A DNA stretch of 64,000 bases from NCBI GenBank assembly GCA_000004985.1, contig GG738860.1, one strand, 5' to 3'. The stretch comes from Naegleria gruberi. Lineage: Eukaryota. The position numbers were made by a program, and so were the translations under genes. Below the pieces are notes generated by a model. The model was given only the letters and a program-made list of their open reading frames with translations. It made no database searches and had not been told where the DNA came from. Shown here piece after piece: positions 10,797-21,542 of the stretch. The first letter of the stretch is position 1, and each line of letters opens with the position of its first letter.

Positions 10797-13706
10797 TTGT
10801 ATGATTTTAATTCAACAAACATTCAACCATCTTTCACACAATTCAATGGATCATCAGTATATGCTAAATCACGACCAGATCATATTATTGCTAATATTAA
10901 CAATCACATATCTAGTAAAGATATTGACACCTTTACTCAACATAACATAGTATGTGCTACTGTTGACCTACAATATGAACCAAAAACTTTCTCTCTACCA
11001 TTTACAAAAAATATATATAATTGGGAAAAAATTAAAGATAATATTGAAAATATTAAATTAAAAATTTTACAATCCAATTACAACACGGTAGAAGATATTC
11101 AAAATCATTTAATTACAATTTTACAAGAATTTACCTATCAAAAAAGAAAATCAAATAATGTAACAAATTGTAAAGAATATCAAGAATTATTCAAATTAAA
11201 AAACGATATTAACAAATATTATTTAAAAAAAAAGAAAAATTTAAATAAGAAAAGTATTGAATTATTTAATAATAATAACAACCCTTCCAGAGATGAAATC
11301 AAAGTTAAATTAGTAGAACTTGATGATAAAATGGATTCAGTTATTAAAGTTAAATTAAAGGAAAGAAAACAAGCATTCATTAATGAAGTTAATGATTTAA
11401 CAACGAAAAAACCATTTAGTTACCCATTTAGAAAAGAATCTAAACACTCATCTATCTTCAATGTAACTAACTCGGTCAATTTTGAAAAAGAAATAATAGA
11501 CCACTTTTCTAAAATGTTCAATACTGAACTCCCCAACTCTGACATTGAATTCACACATATAATTAATGATATCAACAATAATAATCAAATCAACCTATTC
11601 ACATCAGAATCATTATATGAAACAATCTCAAATACGAAAAATTCAATGGCAGGGTGGGATAATATACCCATAAAATTCCTGAAATTGTTAGATGAAGAAT
11701 GTATAGAAAAATTTGTAATTCCATTTAACAATATTCTTGAAGGAAAAACCCAAATACCACAATCATTCAAACAAGGTCTACTTCTTCCCCTTCCAAAAGT
11801 TAATAATCCTTCAAAATTGGGAAACTTTAGACCAATAGTGGTATTACCAACTCTATATAGAATTCTCTCTACTTTCATTAATTCTCAAATAATGAACATA
11901 ATTAACACTAATAATAATTTATTAAATGAATGTCAAAGAGGATTCTTGAAGAATAGTTCAACAACAGATAACCTATCAGTAGTGAAAACAGTATTGAATT
12001 CATACTTGAACAATAACAAATCAATATTCATTTCTACATTGGATATTAAAAATGCTTATGGTTCTGTAATTCACTCTAAACTGATAGATATTTTAGAAGC
12101 AAAAGGATTTGATAGTCATATATGTAACCTTGTGAAAGACATGATCACCAATCATAAAATTAAGATTCTTGCTAATAATTCAGTGTCAGCAGAATTTAAT
12201 TCAACACTTGGTGTTCCTCAAGGTGACCCTTCAAGCCCTATTCTCTTCAACCTATATTTCGATCTAATAACGCAAGTTATTAAAGAATTCAAAGGAATCT
12301 CATTTGGAGATATTAACGTGGTAATCTTATTATATGCTGATGATATAATTATTCTCAGTGAAACAGCATATGAAATGAATGCAATCCTAAAAAGATTAAC
12401 AGAAATAGGAAATCAAATTGGATTACATTTCGCAGAAGAAAAGTGTAAAGTAGTAGGTATCACACCTGCAGGTAACAGGTCAAAAGCAAAAATCTGGATG
12501 AATAATATTAATATTAATAACAAAAAACATGACTTGGAGTACCTTGGAGCCATTCTTAATGGTAGTAATTTCAACTGGAATACACCATCCAGTGTATTAG
12601 ATAAAATTACATTCAGAACTCAATCTTTCAAACCAAAAATGTTAAAACTAAACACTGCAAGAGTGGTGTTTCAATCTAAAGTAATATCAATCCCCAGATA
12701 CTTATGTAGTGTCGGTTGTTTCCCAAAATCTAAATTGGAGAAATTGGATAAATATATTTCAGGACAAATCAAAATGAAAATGGGATGGGATTGTAGACTG
12801 TCTAAAGCAGTAATGTATGGAGAAAAATCTATTGGGGGTCTAGGACTAATATCACCCTCAAATATTTACTATATAGAACAATGTGCTGCTTTATACAGAT
12901 TTGTTAACTCATCATCGTCTATTACTCGTTATGTGATGAGAAAAGCATTACTAGATGTGGAACAAGCATTAGACAGCAACAACTATTTAGAAGAATTTAT
13001 TTTAAATTTAATTAACAACAACTGGAATTGGATCGAACCAAGAAATCTAGATTCTTCAGAATGGATATTAATCAAGCAAAACAAAACTTCACCAGACATC
13101 AGGCAAGAATTACTAGCTCATCTTAGAAGTAAGATGACACCTAGCTTGATGGGCAATTTAGATAAAAATAACGAATGGCACAGATTGACATTAAATTTCT
13201 GGTCTAATCCAACACTTTCACTATACCAACAAAAGATATGCTTTGCAAACTTGCACAAAGCAATTAGAATCAATAATATTGATGACAAAGAACCAATTAT
13301 TTGTGAATCCTGTAATACCAGTGCAACTTGGGATCACATATTTTGGGAATGCTCTCGATGTATACACGAACGTACTGAATGTCAACGGTTATATGATGAA
13401 ATCTCACTCACCTATAACCTTAATAAGATTGAAATCAACACAACATCAAGCTCCCCATCAACTCTTACTTTCTCTCCAAATGGAATCATCTTAAAATCAA
13501 ATTACAAAATATGGAAAAAGAAAAAGATCGTTAAATCAGAAGTTCTAAATCAAATTTATAGAATTTACGTTCAATATGTTGAAAATTGTTACAAAAATTC
13601 TGATTGGAACTCAAAACTAGGTCCAAAAAGGAACTACTCTATCTCAACAAAACAAAAAAACCACCCTACATCATGGCAAATCCACCAACAACTAAGCCAA
13701 CGATAA
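10797..13706 (+). CDS. LINE ORF2 reverse-transcriptase segment with C-terminal CCHC-like zinc knuckle
   Basis: RT motifs 1-7 including YADD. No RNase H. Confidence 0.8.
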   Translation: MYDFNSTNIQPSFTQFNGSSVYAKSRPDHIIANINNHISSKDIDTFTQHNIVCATVDLQYEPKTFSLPFTKNIYNWEKIKDNIENIKLKILQSNYNTVEDIQNHLITILQEFTYQKRKSNNVTNCKEYQELFKLKNDINKYYLKKKKNLNKKSIELFNNNNNPSRDEIKVKLVELDDKMDSVIKVKLKERKQAFINEVNDLTTKKPFSYPFRKESKHSSIFNVTNSVNFEKEIIDHFSKMFNTELPNSDIEFTHIINDINNNNQINLFTSESLYETISNTKNSMAGWDNIPIKFLKLLDEECIEKFVIPFNNILEGKTQIPQSFKQGLLLPLPKVNNPSKLGNFRPIVVLPTLYRILSTFINSQIMNIINTNNNLLNECQRGFLKNSSTTDNLSVVKTVLNSYLNNNKSIFISTLDIKNAYGSVIHSKLIDILEAKGFDSHICNLVKDMITNHKIKILANNSVSAEFNSTLGVPQGDPSSPILFNLYFDLITQVIKEFKGISFGDINVVILLYADDIIILSETAYEMNAILKRLTEIGNQIGLHFAEEKCKVVGITPAGNRSKAKIWMNNININNKKHDLEYLGAILNGSNFNWNTPSSVLDKITFRTQSFKPKMLKLNTARVVFQSKVISIPRYLCSVGCFPKSKLEKLDKYISGQIKMKMGWDCRLSKAVMYGEKSIGGLGLISPSNIYYIEQCAALYRFVNSSSSITRYVMRKALLDVEQALDSNNYLEEFILNLINNNWNWIEPRNLDSSEWILIKQNKTSPDIRQELLAHLRSKMTPSLMGNLDKNNEWHRLTLNFWSNPTLSLYQQKICFANLHKAIRINNIDDKEPIICESCNTSATWDHIFWECSRCIHERTECQRLYDEISLTYNLNKIEINTTSSSPSTLTFSPNGIILKSNYKIWKKKKIVKSEVLNQIYRIYVQYVENCYKNSDWNSKLGPKRNYSISTKQKNHPTSWQIHQQLSQR

Positions 13707-13757
13707 CTTCATAGTCAGAACCGTACCGGTTCTAACTACCAAATAAACAAACCCTAC

Positions 13758-13776
13758 ATTTTTTTTGGAAACATTG
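13758..13776. repeat. 19-bp target-site duplication, 3' copy
   Basis: Exact copy of 8888..8906. Confidence 0.7.
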
Positions 13777-13852
13777 AAAAAATTTACAATTTAATGAACT
13801 CGAATTTAAGAACATACAACCACTATAACAACAAAAAAACAACTGATTATCA

Positions 13853-14284
13853 ATGGAAGCACCATCATCATCAATATTACCATCAACCATCATTGAATAC
13901 TTGCAAAAAATTGAGAGTGCAAATCCCTTACTAACAGACAAAACATTTGTGTATGATCGGGATTTGGAAAATTCAACCACAGTCAAATATCATAACATTC
14001 CTCACGAATTTAATGCTGACACACTCGTACCAGTAGCCCATGGATCGGAATATCCCAATGAGATGTTTTTTGCTCGTACCTTTGAAAATGATCCCCACAA
14101 GAGCAATAAATACCTTGCAGAATTGGATAGGTTGTGTGATGAGTTATTAGGTAAGAAGTTGAAATGTTCCTATAGTTATGCTGCTGGTGGATTTGAGAGT
14201 TACTTTTGTGAGGTTGGATTTCATTATTATGGCATTGAGGGATTGTTTTTGCTGGTTTTCAAAACGGAATTTCAAAAGGATTAA
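13853..14284 (+). CDS. hypothetical protein (143 aa)
   Basis: Complete ORF with no recognised domain. Confidence 0.3.
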   Translation: MEAPSSSILPSTIIEYLQKIESANPLLTDKTFVYDRDLENSTTVKYHNIPHEFNADTLVPVAHGSEYPNEMFFARTFENDPHKSNKYLAELDRLCDELLGKKLKCSYSYAAGGFESYFCEVGFHYYGIEGLFLLVFKTEFQKD

Positions 14285-14497
14285 TAAGCAAAACAACCAA
14301 AATAAAAACTGAATGTATCTTTTTATCTGAATTTTAGATAATTTGTTGCGAAGCAACATTTAAAAGTCTTATTCGAGGATTAGTTACATTCAATATTTGT
14401 ATGTAAACACAAAGTGAACTTGTTCCTTTTTTTAATCTTTAAATAGCGCACAATTCATTGGGCATTTAAGAATTCAACACTAAAAAAATAACTCAAA

Positions 14498-14830
14498 ATG
14501 AATAACAACAACAGATTAGTAGGAGAACAAGATTTAAACCCACTATCTGGTAGTTTTAGACCCATCAATAGTAATGGCCCTACCCCAATGAATGGTGGAA
14601 TTGGTGGAAATCAAGTTGGTCCAAATAACCCAATCTTTAATCCAAACATTCCATATTCAGCACCACCTATTAGACCTCAAATTCTTCCAGGTTCTAGATT
14701 TGATCCAATCAATCCAACAATTGGACCATTTGGAGGTGGTGGCAATGGAGGAGGAAATACTTCATCCTCATTTGGTAATATTAATCCTAGTCATCACAAA
14801 CCTCCACAATTTGAAGATGAGGATTTTTAA
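14498..14830 (+). CDS. small Pro/Gly/Asn-rich protein with a PI31-like C-terminal motif
   Basis: A-rich start context. ...ILPGSRFDPINPTIGPFGGG...PPQFEDEDF resembles the PGARFDPFGPIG proline-rich C-terminal tail of the proteasome inhibitor PI31, as I recall that protein family. Confidence 0.4.
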   Translation: MNNNNRLVGEQDLNPLSGSFRPINSNGPTPMNGGIGGNQVGPNNPIFNPNIPYSAPPIRPQILPGSRFDPINPTIGPFGGGGNGGGNTSSSFGNINPSHHKPPQFEDEDF

Positions 14831-15136
14831 AGATATTCTCAATGAATAATAATACTAAGTTTTGAATAATAGTATTGAATATAGTACTTCGCGAGTGTAA
14901 ATAAACAAGAATATTTGAAGGTTCATTCCCATCAAGTGTTATTTCCAAGGTGTTATCATTGATAATAATCTTGTTCTTTGAAGGGAAGAAATGGAAAGAA
15001 ATAACCTTAATAATTGCTAAAAGTACCAAACAGATCCAGAAAAAATTGCCTTTGGTGACTGACTGAGAGCACTCTTCCATCGTTAAACTATTCCAACTGG
15101 AGGAGCGTCATACAGTGAGCGATGGTTTATTCAAAT

Positions 15137-15511
15137 TCATTTTTCTTCAACTTCTTCATCATCCTGAACATGTAATGTCTTTGGTCCTTCGAGTCCAATC
15201 GAACAATATGTGGTCACTTTTAACGTACGTTGATCTCCACTGTTCTCGTATTGATTAAGAGTCTCGATAAATCGATTGTAGGCTGCTAAATTCTCCACCT
15301 TGAAGTGAATTTCCTCTCCTTCATCATTCAACACAGCAATCATGTGAGTTTCCCTGTCCAAATTCACAAACACATACTCCTTCTCTGAAACGACAGGAAC
15401 AATTAAATCACTTGATGATGGTACAACAATTTGATGTCTTTCACCAGTGATGATATCATGAGCTGTGATGAACATTTTACTTCCCATCTTGGTTTTTGTT
15501 GGTTTGGACAT
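15137..15511 (-). CDS. hypothetical small protein (124 aa)
   Basis: Complete ORF with an acidic C-terminus. No domain recognised. Confidence 0.4.
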   Translation of the reverse strand: MSKPTKTKMGSKMFITAHDIITGERHQIVVPSSSDLIVPVVSEKEYVFVNLDRETHMIAVLNDEGEEIHFKVENLAAYNRFIETLNQYENSGDQRTLKVTTYCSIGLEGPKTLHVQDDEEVEEK

Positions 15512-15960
15512 TTTGCTCTGTTAGTGTGATTCCAGGGTGTTGATGTTTTTTAAGGTAGATCCTGCTGTACAGGTTACTTTTCAAATCACTACTCCTGCCT
15601 TGTTCACAAATTGTAATAGGTTCAACAATCCTTACAGACAACATGACACAGTACAATCATGATCACTGTTTATTCAACTTTTGTTGGATAATTGTGATGA
15701 GGTGTGAAATCTTGGTGTTGTCTTCCTTTGGTTAATTCAGACAATAAAAACCTCTTTTGGGAGGGAGACATTCATTTCCACTGTTTACAATATTGAGACT
15801 ATTCTTTAAATGTAAAAATATCAAATGAATAGAGTGGGAGGTGATTGTGGAAGATTTGATTGGATTTCTATATGATGTGCATCATGTCGCCATTCTTCCA
15901 ATAACTTTCTCATCCTTTCGTTTGACCTTCTCAACCTTTCGAATACATCCTTCAAATTAA

Positions 15961-17433
15961 TTAATGTTTGAACCTGAACTGCATTTCTTCCTCACATGTT
16001 GCACTATCAATCTTGAATAGAATTTCCTCCCTCAATAGGTGAATATTTGGCATATTCAACTCATAAACTCCACCAAACGTCAGATAATTATCAACAACTT
16101 GAAATGCCAGTAATTTCCTCTTTTTGAAAGTGCTAGCTAATTTGAATTTGGAAATGTCTTTGTAAACAAGGACACCTTCAGGACAGAATGATCTCCTTGA
16201 ATATTCCAGTAACATTTCACAAGTTTCACTCTTATTTAAAGCCCATTCCAATTCAGAATCGAATACTTCCACCTTTTGATATCTCTTCATAATAGAATAA
16301 ATTACTGGAAGAGTCACTGTAACAATTATTTCCAAACTCAAGTACAGAAACATGATCAACCCAGCAGGTATAATATGATCCACAACTCTATAAAACGATT
16401 GACCTAAGGTAATATATAGTCCTACACAAACTACTTGAAGAATCAGTATCAAAATAGACTCCACCTTAATAAAGTATGTGTCCTTCTCAGTTTTCAATAG
16501 AAGAACCAAACACACAAGTTGAATAATCAAATAGACACAATAGGTGATTCCACCAATGTATGTAATGGATTCTAATGCATAACATCCCTCAAAGGAAAGC
16601 ATTGATTCGTCCTCCATTAGAAATCTCGAATTTGGATGTAAAGAATCTTCAAAAATTGCTAATGAAAACCAGAATATGATATGAAATCCATAAACGGCTA
16701 AAAATATAGAAATTAACCATTTGTGGGATTGTAAAATGTAATTGGAATAAATGAAGAATTTCTCTATTTGTTTTAGGTTTTGATGTGAGGCGATTTTGTT
16801 TCTAATAGTTTTCAGAACGGGAGCTCTATACACCATTACTGGAATCAAAGTATTTGGACTGTTCGGTGAAGAATAAACTGAACTAATCACTGTAACAATA
16901 TCATTTTGCTTTTCATTTTCTCTGAATTTTGATTCTTTCAAAAGGTTGAATCTCCATTGTACATACACTCTTAGACATCTAATAATTGTTGGAATGGAGA
17001 AACATGGTGGCATTAGAAAGAAAACTAAACTAAATAAGATACAAGGGAAGATTTCTCTACCAATAATAAACCTTAAAGAAAAGATGGTAAATACAAAGAA
17101 ACTTGAAACGAGAGTAAAAAACATGCCAGCAATTGTCCTAGCTCTGATATGATCCGAGTTTCTGTTCCATACGAAACCAATTATACTCGAAACTACAAGC
17201 ATCAAATAAACCCCCAAACACAACCCTGACAGAATCGGGACTGACAATACATCAGGACACTGCCCAGGAAAATTCCTCATGTCGTTTACCATTTTCAAGG
17301 AAAAAAACCAGCTTGGACATTGTGTATTATTGAAATGGGGTAAATGTGGTTGTTGTTCCGTTTGCTGAAAAGCAAGAGAATGGAAGAAGAGGGAATATTT
17401 GGGAAATGTTGCAGTGATTGGTGGGTTGTTCAT
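15961..17433 (-). CDS. 7TM receptor with C-terminal RGS domain (fungal class VI, GprK/AtRGS1-like)
   Basis: Seven hydrophobic helices in the N-terminal 380 aa. C-terminus EMLLEYSRRSFCPEGVLVYKDISKFK...KRKLLAFQVVDNYL...YELNMPN fits the RGS-box pattern (FSEENLEFW..FK..A..IY..F...EVN). Confidence 0.6.
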   Translation of the reverse strand: MNNPPITATFPKYSLFFHSLAFQQTEQQPHLPHFNNTQCPSWFFSLKMVNDMRNFPGQCPDVLSVPILSGLCLGVYLMLVVSSIIGFVWNRNSDHIRARTIAGMFFTLVSSFFVFTIFSLRFIIGREIFPCILFSLVFFLMPPCFSIPTIIRCLRVYVQWRFNLLKESKFRENEKQNDIVTVISSVYSSPNSPNTLIPVMVYRAPVLKTIRNKIASHQNLKQIEKFFIYSNYILQSHKWLISIFLAVYGFHIIFWFSLAIFEDSLHPNSRFLMEDESMLSFEGCYALESITYIGGITYCVYLIIQLVCLVLLLKTEKDTYFIKVESILILILQVVCVGLYITLGQSFYRVVDHIIPAGLIMFLYLSLEIIVTVTLPVIYSIMKRYQKVEVFDSELEWALNKSETCEMLLEYSRRSFCPEGVLVYKDISKFKLASTFKKRKLLAFQVVDNYLTFGGVYELNMPNIHLLREEILFKIDSATCEEEMQFRFKH

Positions 17434-17597
17434 ATCATTGAATTGTATTTTTTTGAGAGAATGATAGGGTTTGAAGTGAAAGATATCTCATGCTCATATT
17501 AAAGGGAATAAACGATATTTCAATCTTTGCCCATTAAGGAGATTATGAATTAAAGTTAAATTGATGATTAAGAAATTAAGATAATGTTAGTCATGAG

Positions 17598-17671
17598 GCC
17601 GTCATAGCTCAGTTGGATAGAGCACAGGACTTCTAATCCTGGGGTCGTGGGTTCGAGCCCCATTGTCGGTA
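17598..17671 (+). tRNA. tRNA-Arg(UCU): tRNA-Arg (anticodon TCT)
   Basis: D arm GCTC-AGTTGGATA-GAGC. Anticodon stem CAGGA/TCCTG with loop CTTCTAA. T arm GTGGG-TTCGAGC-CCCAT. Acceptor stem has 6 of 7 pairs. Confidence 0.75.
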
Positions 17672-17716
17672 AATGTTTTTAGTTTTTTATTTTGAAATAT
17701 TTGTGCTTAACGTTAC

Positions 17717-19378
17717 TTATTTAACTCTTGCTGTTGGAGGTGATCTTGAAGAAACTGGAATATTATCTTTTTCTTTCCACTCTTGCAATACCTTTCTAAT
17801 CTTCTCATTAGCATATCTCAACCTTTCCAAAACATCTTGCAATGTGAGAAGAGCTTGAAATTGGACCTCCTCAAACAAGTCGTCTGTCAATTCATCATTA
17901 CACATTGCACTATTGATTTTCAACAAGATGTCTTCCCTTATAACATTCATATTTGGTAAATTCAGCTCGTAAACTCCACTAGATGTCAAATAACACTTCA
18001 CAATGTCCAAGGCAATGAGTTTTCTCTTTTTAAAGCATCTAGCCTGTTTAAATTTGGTAATATCCTTATAGACAAGAACACCTTCAGGACAGAAAGATCT
18101 TCTCGAATATTCCAACAATATTTCACAAGTTTCATTCTTATTAAGAATAAACTCCAATTCATTACTGAATACTTCAATTGTTCTCAAATCTTTCACAATG
18201 GCATACAGAACTGGTAATGTTATAGTGATGAATATCTCAGCTCCACAGTAATAAATCATAATTAGGCCAGTTGGGAATACACGATCATATACTTTGAAAA
18301 AATCCATTGTACAACAAATATATATAATGGCAGCTGTAATTTGAACAATGATTGTAATAATTGTTTCTCCTTTGATAAAGTATGTATCCTTTTCAGTCCT
18401 TAATAACCAAATAAAAGCCACAACTTCAATAATGAAGTAAAACACAAAAAGAATGATAATTACAATATTGATTGGCGGTTTTGTGTAGCAACCTTTCAGT
18501 GATATCATTGAAGCTTCCTGCATGAAAATCATTGTCTCTGAAAAGAAAGATTCCTCCACGGCTGCCAAACTAAACCAAATCAAAGATTGAATTCCATACA
18601 CGCACACAAATATGAAAGTTTTCCACTTTTTTGAATGGAAAATAAGATTTGCTTTTCTATAAATGTTTTCCTTCTCCTCAATCTTATTGTGAAGATCTAG
18701 ATATTGTTTAAATTCTGTCCATTTGTCCTGATTAGTTTCCAATATTCGATTTGGAAATGTTAACGACCCAGTCAATATTGGACTCGATGGCGTTCGACAC
18801 ACAACACCACTCCCTATCAATTCTCCTTCACCACCTCCATTCATTTCTTTACAATTTTCATCCAATTCATTCTTTCTCATTTCATTTTCCTTAAAATTCT
18901 GAGCTTTAAACCAATTCACTCTCCACTGAGTATAAACTCTCAAACTCCTCAACGTATTTGGCACTGTAAAACTTGCTGGCATCATGAAAAACATGAAACT
19001 GTATAATAAACATGGAAATTGCTCTCTGGAAATCATGTACCTCAATGAATAGACGCTCACTATGAAAATACTTGAGAAAATTGTAAAGTGCATGCCAGCT
19101 GTTGATCGTGCCATGACGTGGGTGGAGTTTCTCTTCCAAATGAATCCAAATATTGAGAGAGAAACCAGGCAAATATAAAATACGAAAGATAGTCCTGAAA
19201 TTATGGGAACGGAAATGGCATCTGGACATTGATCAGGGATGTTTCGATTACGAGGGACGAGAGTAAGGGAAAGTAACCAGGTGGGACATTCTGTGGAATT
19301 GTTATTGGAAGTAAGATTAGTTGATGAATTGCTTTCGTATAATGTTTCGAATAATGTGTTTGATACTTGATAAAACAT
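17717..19378 (-). CDS. 7TM-RGS receptor, tandem paralog of 15961..17433
   Basis: Collinear with its neighbour: (C)P(S/T)W(L/F)(L/F)SL, QCPD..SVPI.SGL, the same TM layout, and RGS box ILLEYSRRSFCPEGVLVYKDITKFK...KRKLIALDIV. Confidence 0.6.
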   Translation of the reverse strand: MFYQVSNTLFETLYESNSSTNLTSNNNSTECPTWLLSLTLVPRNRNIPDQCPDAISVPIISGLSFVFYICLVSLSIFGFIWKRNSTHVMARSTAGMHFTIFSSIFIVSVYSLRYMISREQFPCLLYSFMFFMMPASFTVPNTLRSLRVYTQWRVNWFKAQNFKENEMRKNELDENCKEMNGGGEGELIGSGVVCRTPSSPILTGSLTFPNRILETNQDKWTEFKQYLDLHNKIEEKENIYRKANLIFHSKKWKTFIFVCVYGIQSLIWFSLAAVEESFFSETMIFMQEASMISLKGCYTKPPINIVIIILFVFYFIIEVVAFIWLLRTEKDTYFIKGETIITIIVQITAAIIYICCTMDFFKVYDRVFPTGLIMIYYCGAEIFITITLPVLYAIVKDLRTIEVFSNELEFILNKNETCEILLEYSRRSFCPEGVLVYKDITKFKQARCFKKRKLIALDIVKCYLTSSGVYELNLPNMNVIREDILLKINSAMCNDELTDDLFEEVQFQALLTLQDVLERLRYANEKIRKVLQEWKEKDNIPVSSRSPPTARVK

Positions 19379-19876
19379 TGTTCAAGAAGATTGTTGTTTT
19401 TTCTTTTTAAATTACATCATTCAGTATCTCTTAAAATTAAAAAGAATGGTACTTTTAATGACAAGGATTGACTTGAGAAACTATTAAAGACAAGGATAAT
19501 CATCTTGAGAAAAGGGAAAATATTTTACAATAGAGATTTCGATAAAATTGAAAATGTTTAGAATTTGTTTTTCTTCTCATTTTCTTTGTTATTCGAAAGA
19601 TAATTGGTTAAATACGAAACTCAATGAAATAGTCAATCTACAACATGCTTTGAAACACCTCAAAAAATTTTGAAACAAACATGACAACAATTCAAGCTCT
19701 TTATTCGTCAGGAAATGTCAAAAGTCTTTTCGTTATTTTAGTGAAAGGTATTAAAATGCCACATTTCATTTTCATGCTTGTTTCTGTCATGCTATCTGTC
19801 AAATCCTTCCAAATGCAAACAAGTTTCAACCACTGGCTCTTTGAAAATTAATTGATCAAAACGAAATTATAAAAAA

Positions 19877-21456
19877 ATGACAGTTGGCACCTCGGTACTG
19901 TCAACACAAAGCTACTTGACAGAGTGTGATCAATTTTCGATATTCAACTTGCTATCTTCAACAGCAGAAAACAATTCAACAACAAATTCAACTCTAAGAG
20001 ATGAACTGCCATCATTTATTTCAAATGTCAGTTCTCTGTCAAACTCTGCTTTGTTTCTAATGTCATTTTCCATCTTTTTAATAACAGTTGGATATTTATT
20101 CTTTGTGAAAGGAAGAAAAACATTGATTAAGAGAAATCAACAAATTTTAATTGGATTAGTGACAGCTTTTGTCTTTATTCAAATGATTGCTTTGATATTT
20201 CGTGTCATTTACAATGGAATATCATTGAATTATAATTTACATCCGGAAATCCAAGTGGAAATTGATGGATTATTCATTTTTACACAAATATGTGCCATGT
20301 TAGAAACTGCAATTGTTGAAATTCAGTCCATTACAATATTTGTATTGATGGGTTTTATTATGAATGTGTTGTAAGTATATAAATATATATATAATTGGAT
20401 AAATATTTACATTTTTATTAAAAAATTATTGTTTAATATATTTAAATACTTTACAATAATATATTTAATATTTAAAAATATTATAATAGTTTACAAACGG
20501 TTCATCATGCAGGAAGTATGTCGAAAAAACAATTTACCATCATGAAACTCCTCTCCAATCTCCTCACACTTGCCAGTTCTCTCATCACTCTCATTCTTGT
20601 CATTATGATTGCTGTCACAAATTTTCTTGTAAAAATTCATGCAGCTCAATTCAATCAGACAGTTCTCTATGTTTTGACATTGGTTGTGTTTATAATAGAA
20701 GTGACGATTCAGACTATTCTGTATATTTATTTTGGAGTGAGGGTTTTGAGAACAATTAAGAAACGTTCATTGAAATTGAAACAAGAATCGAATAGAAATG
20801 CATTTGTGAATTCTATACAGAAACCATTGACCAAAACGTTTGTCTTGTTGATTTCGATGGGTATTTCGACGGTTTTACAAGTTTTGGCTGCTATTGCTTC
20901 AGTGTTGGCTTCGTCTTTCAGTTCTGACTCAAATGTGGTTTCGTATTTTTTGAATTCATTTGGAATTTTACTATTCGCAGGATGTGTTGTGTTAATGTAC
21001 AATCCACTCCTCTCAGATGAATATAATAACATTGATTTGTATGAAGCTAAAGAAAGAGAGAGACAATTATTATTGAACGAAACTTCATCGATGGGATCTG
21101 AATTGAGTAGTCCAAGACAATCATTCTTTACCAACTCACCACGAAATCATAGGAGAACTAGTCAACAATTTCCATATGAACATTCGAATGCCATTAGTAG
21201 AATTGTGAGTGATAGTTCAATGACAAGCTCAGCAACAATTACTCCAACCACAAGCTCAGTAAATCTTCCACAACAAGAAGAATCGGCAACAACAATGAAT
21301 GATCAATCAGCAATTGAGGAAAATAGAAAATCCATTGTGGTTAGTCTAGTCAATTTGAAAGATTTAGTTACATCGCCACCAGAAGAAGTTCAAACACTAC
21401 CAAGTGTCACTTCACCATCCACAACCATTGAAAGTTGTGAAAATCAACAATTTTAA
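19877..21456 (+). CDS. 7TM receptor-like (GPCR-like) protein, 2 exons (19877..20370 and about 20517..21456)
   Basis: Exon 1 has 3 TM helices and ends at a GTAAGT that overlaps the stop of the first ORF. Exon 2 has 4 more TM helices and a Ser/Thr-rich tail. Only the AG at 20515-16 keeps the frame, so the acceptor position is tentative. Confidence 0.5.
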
Positions 21457-21542
21457 TTTCACGCACATAGTAAGATATAATTAATCCATACTAGTATTCT
21501 AATGAATTTATTTTTCAATTAAAATAAAAGAAAATAAACTGC

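Larger units (their letters stand above)
8907..13757 (+). mobile_element. near full-length L1-like non-LTR retrotransposon (ORF1; ORF2 = APE + RT + C-terminal zinc knuckle)
   Basis: Flanked by a perfect 19-bp TSD. 5' end is GGGGGGG plus a short UTR. ORF1 8938..10252. APE ORF 10249..10773 (HVIAVQETHW), with its ATG overlapping the ORF1 stop (ATGA). RT ORF 10797..13706 (FRPIVVLPTLYR, LDIKNAYGSV, GVPQGDPSSP, LLYADDIIIL) plus CESC...HIFWEC knuckle. The APE domain is split by a frameshift, since its SDH motif RPDHII lies in the RT frame. Confidence 0.8.

Noticed and set aside
14787-15080. 97-aa minus-strand ORF
   Set aside because: AT-rich and overlaps the 3' flank of the PI31-like ORF. No start context or domain.
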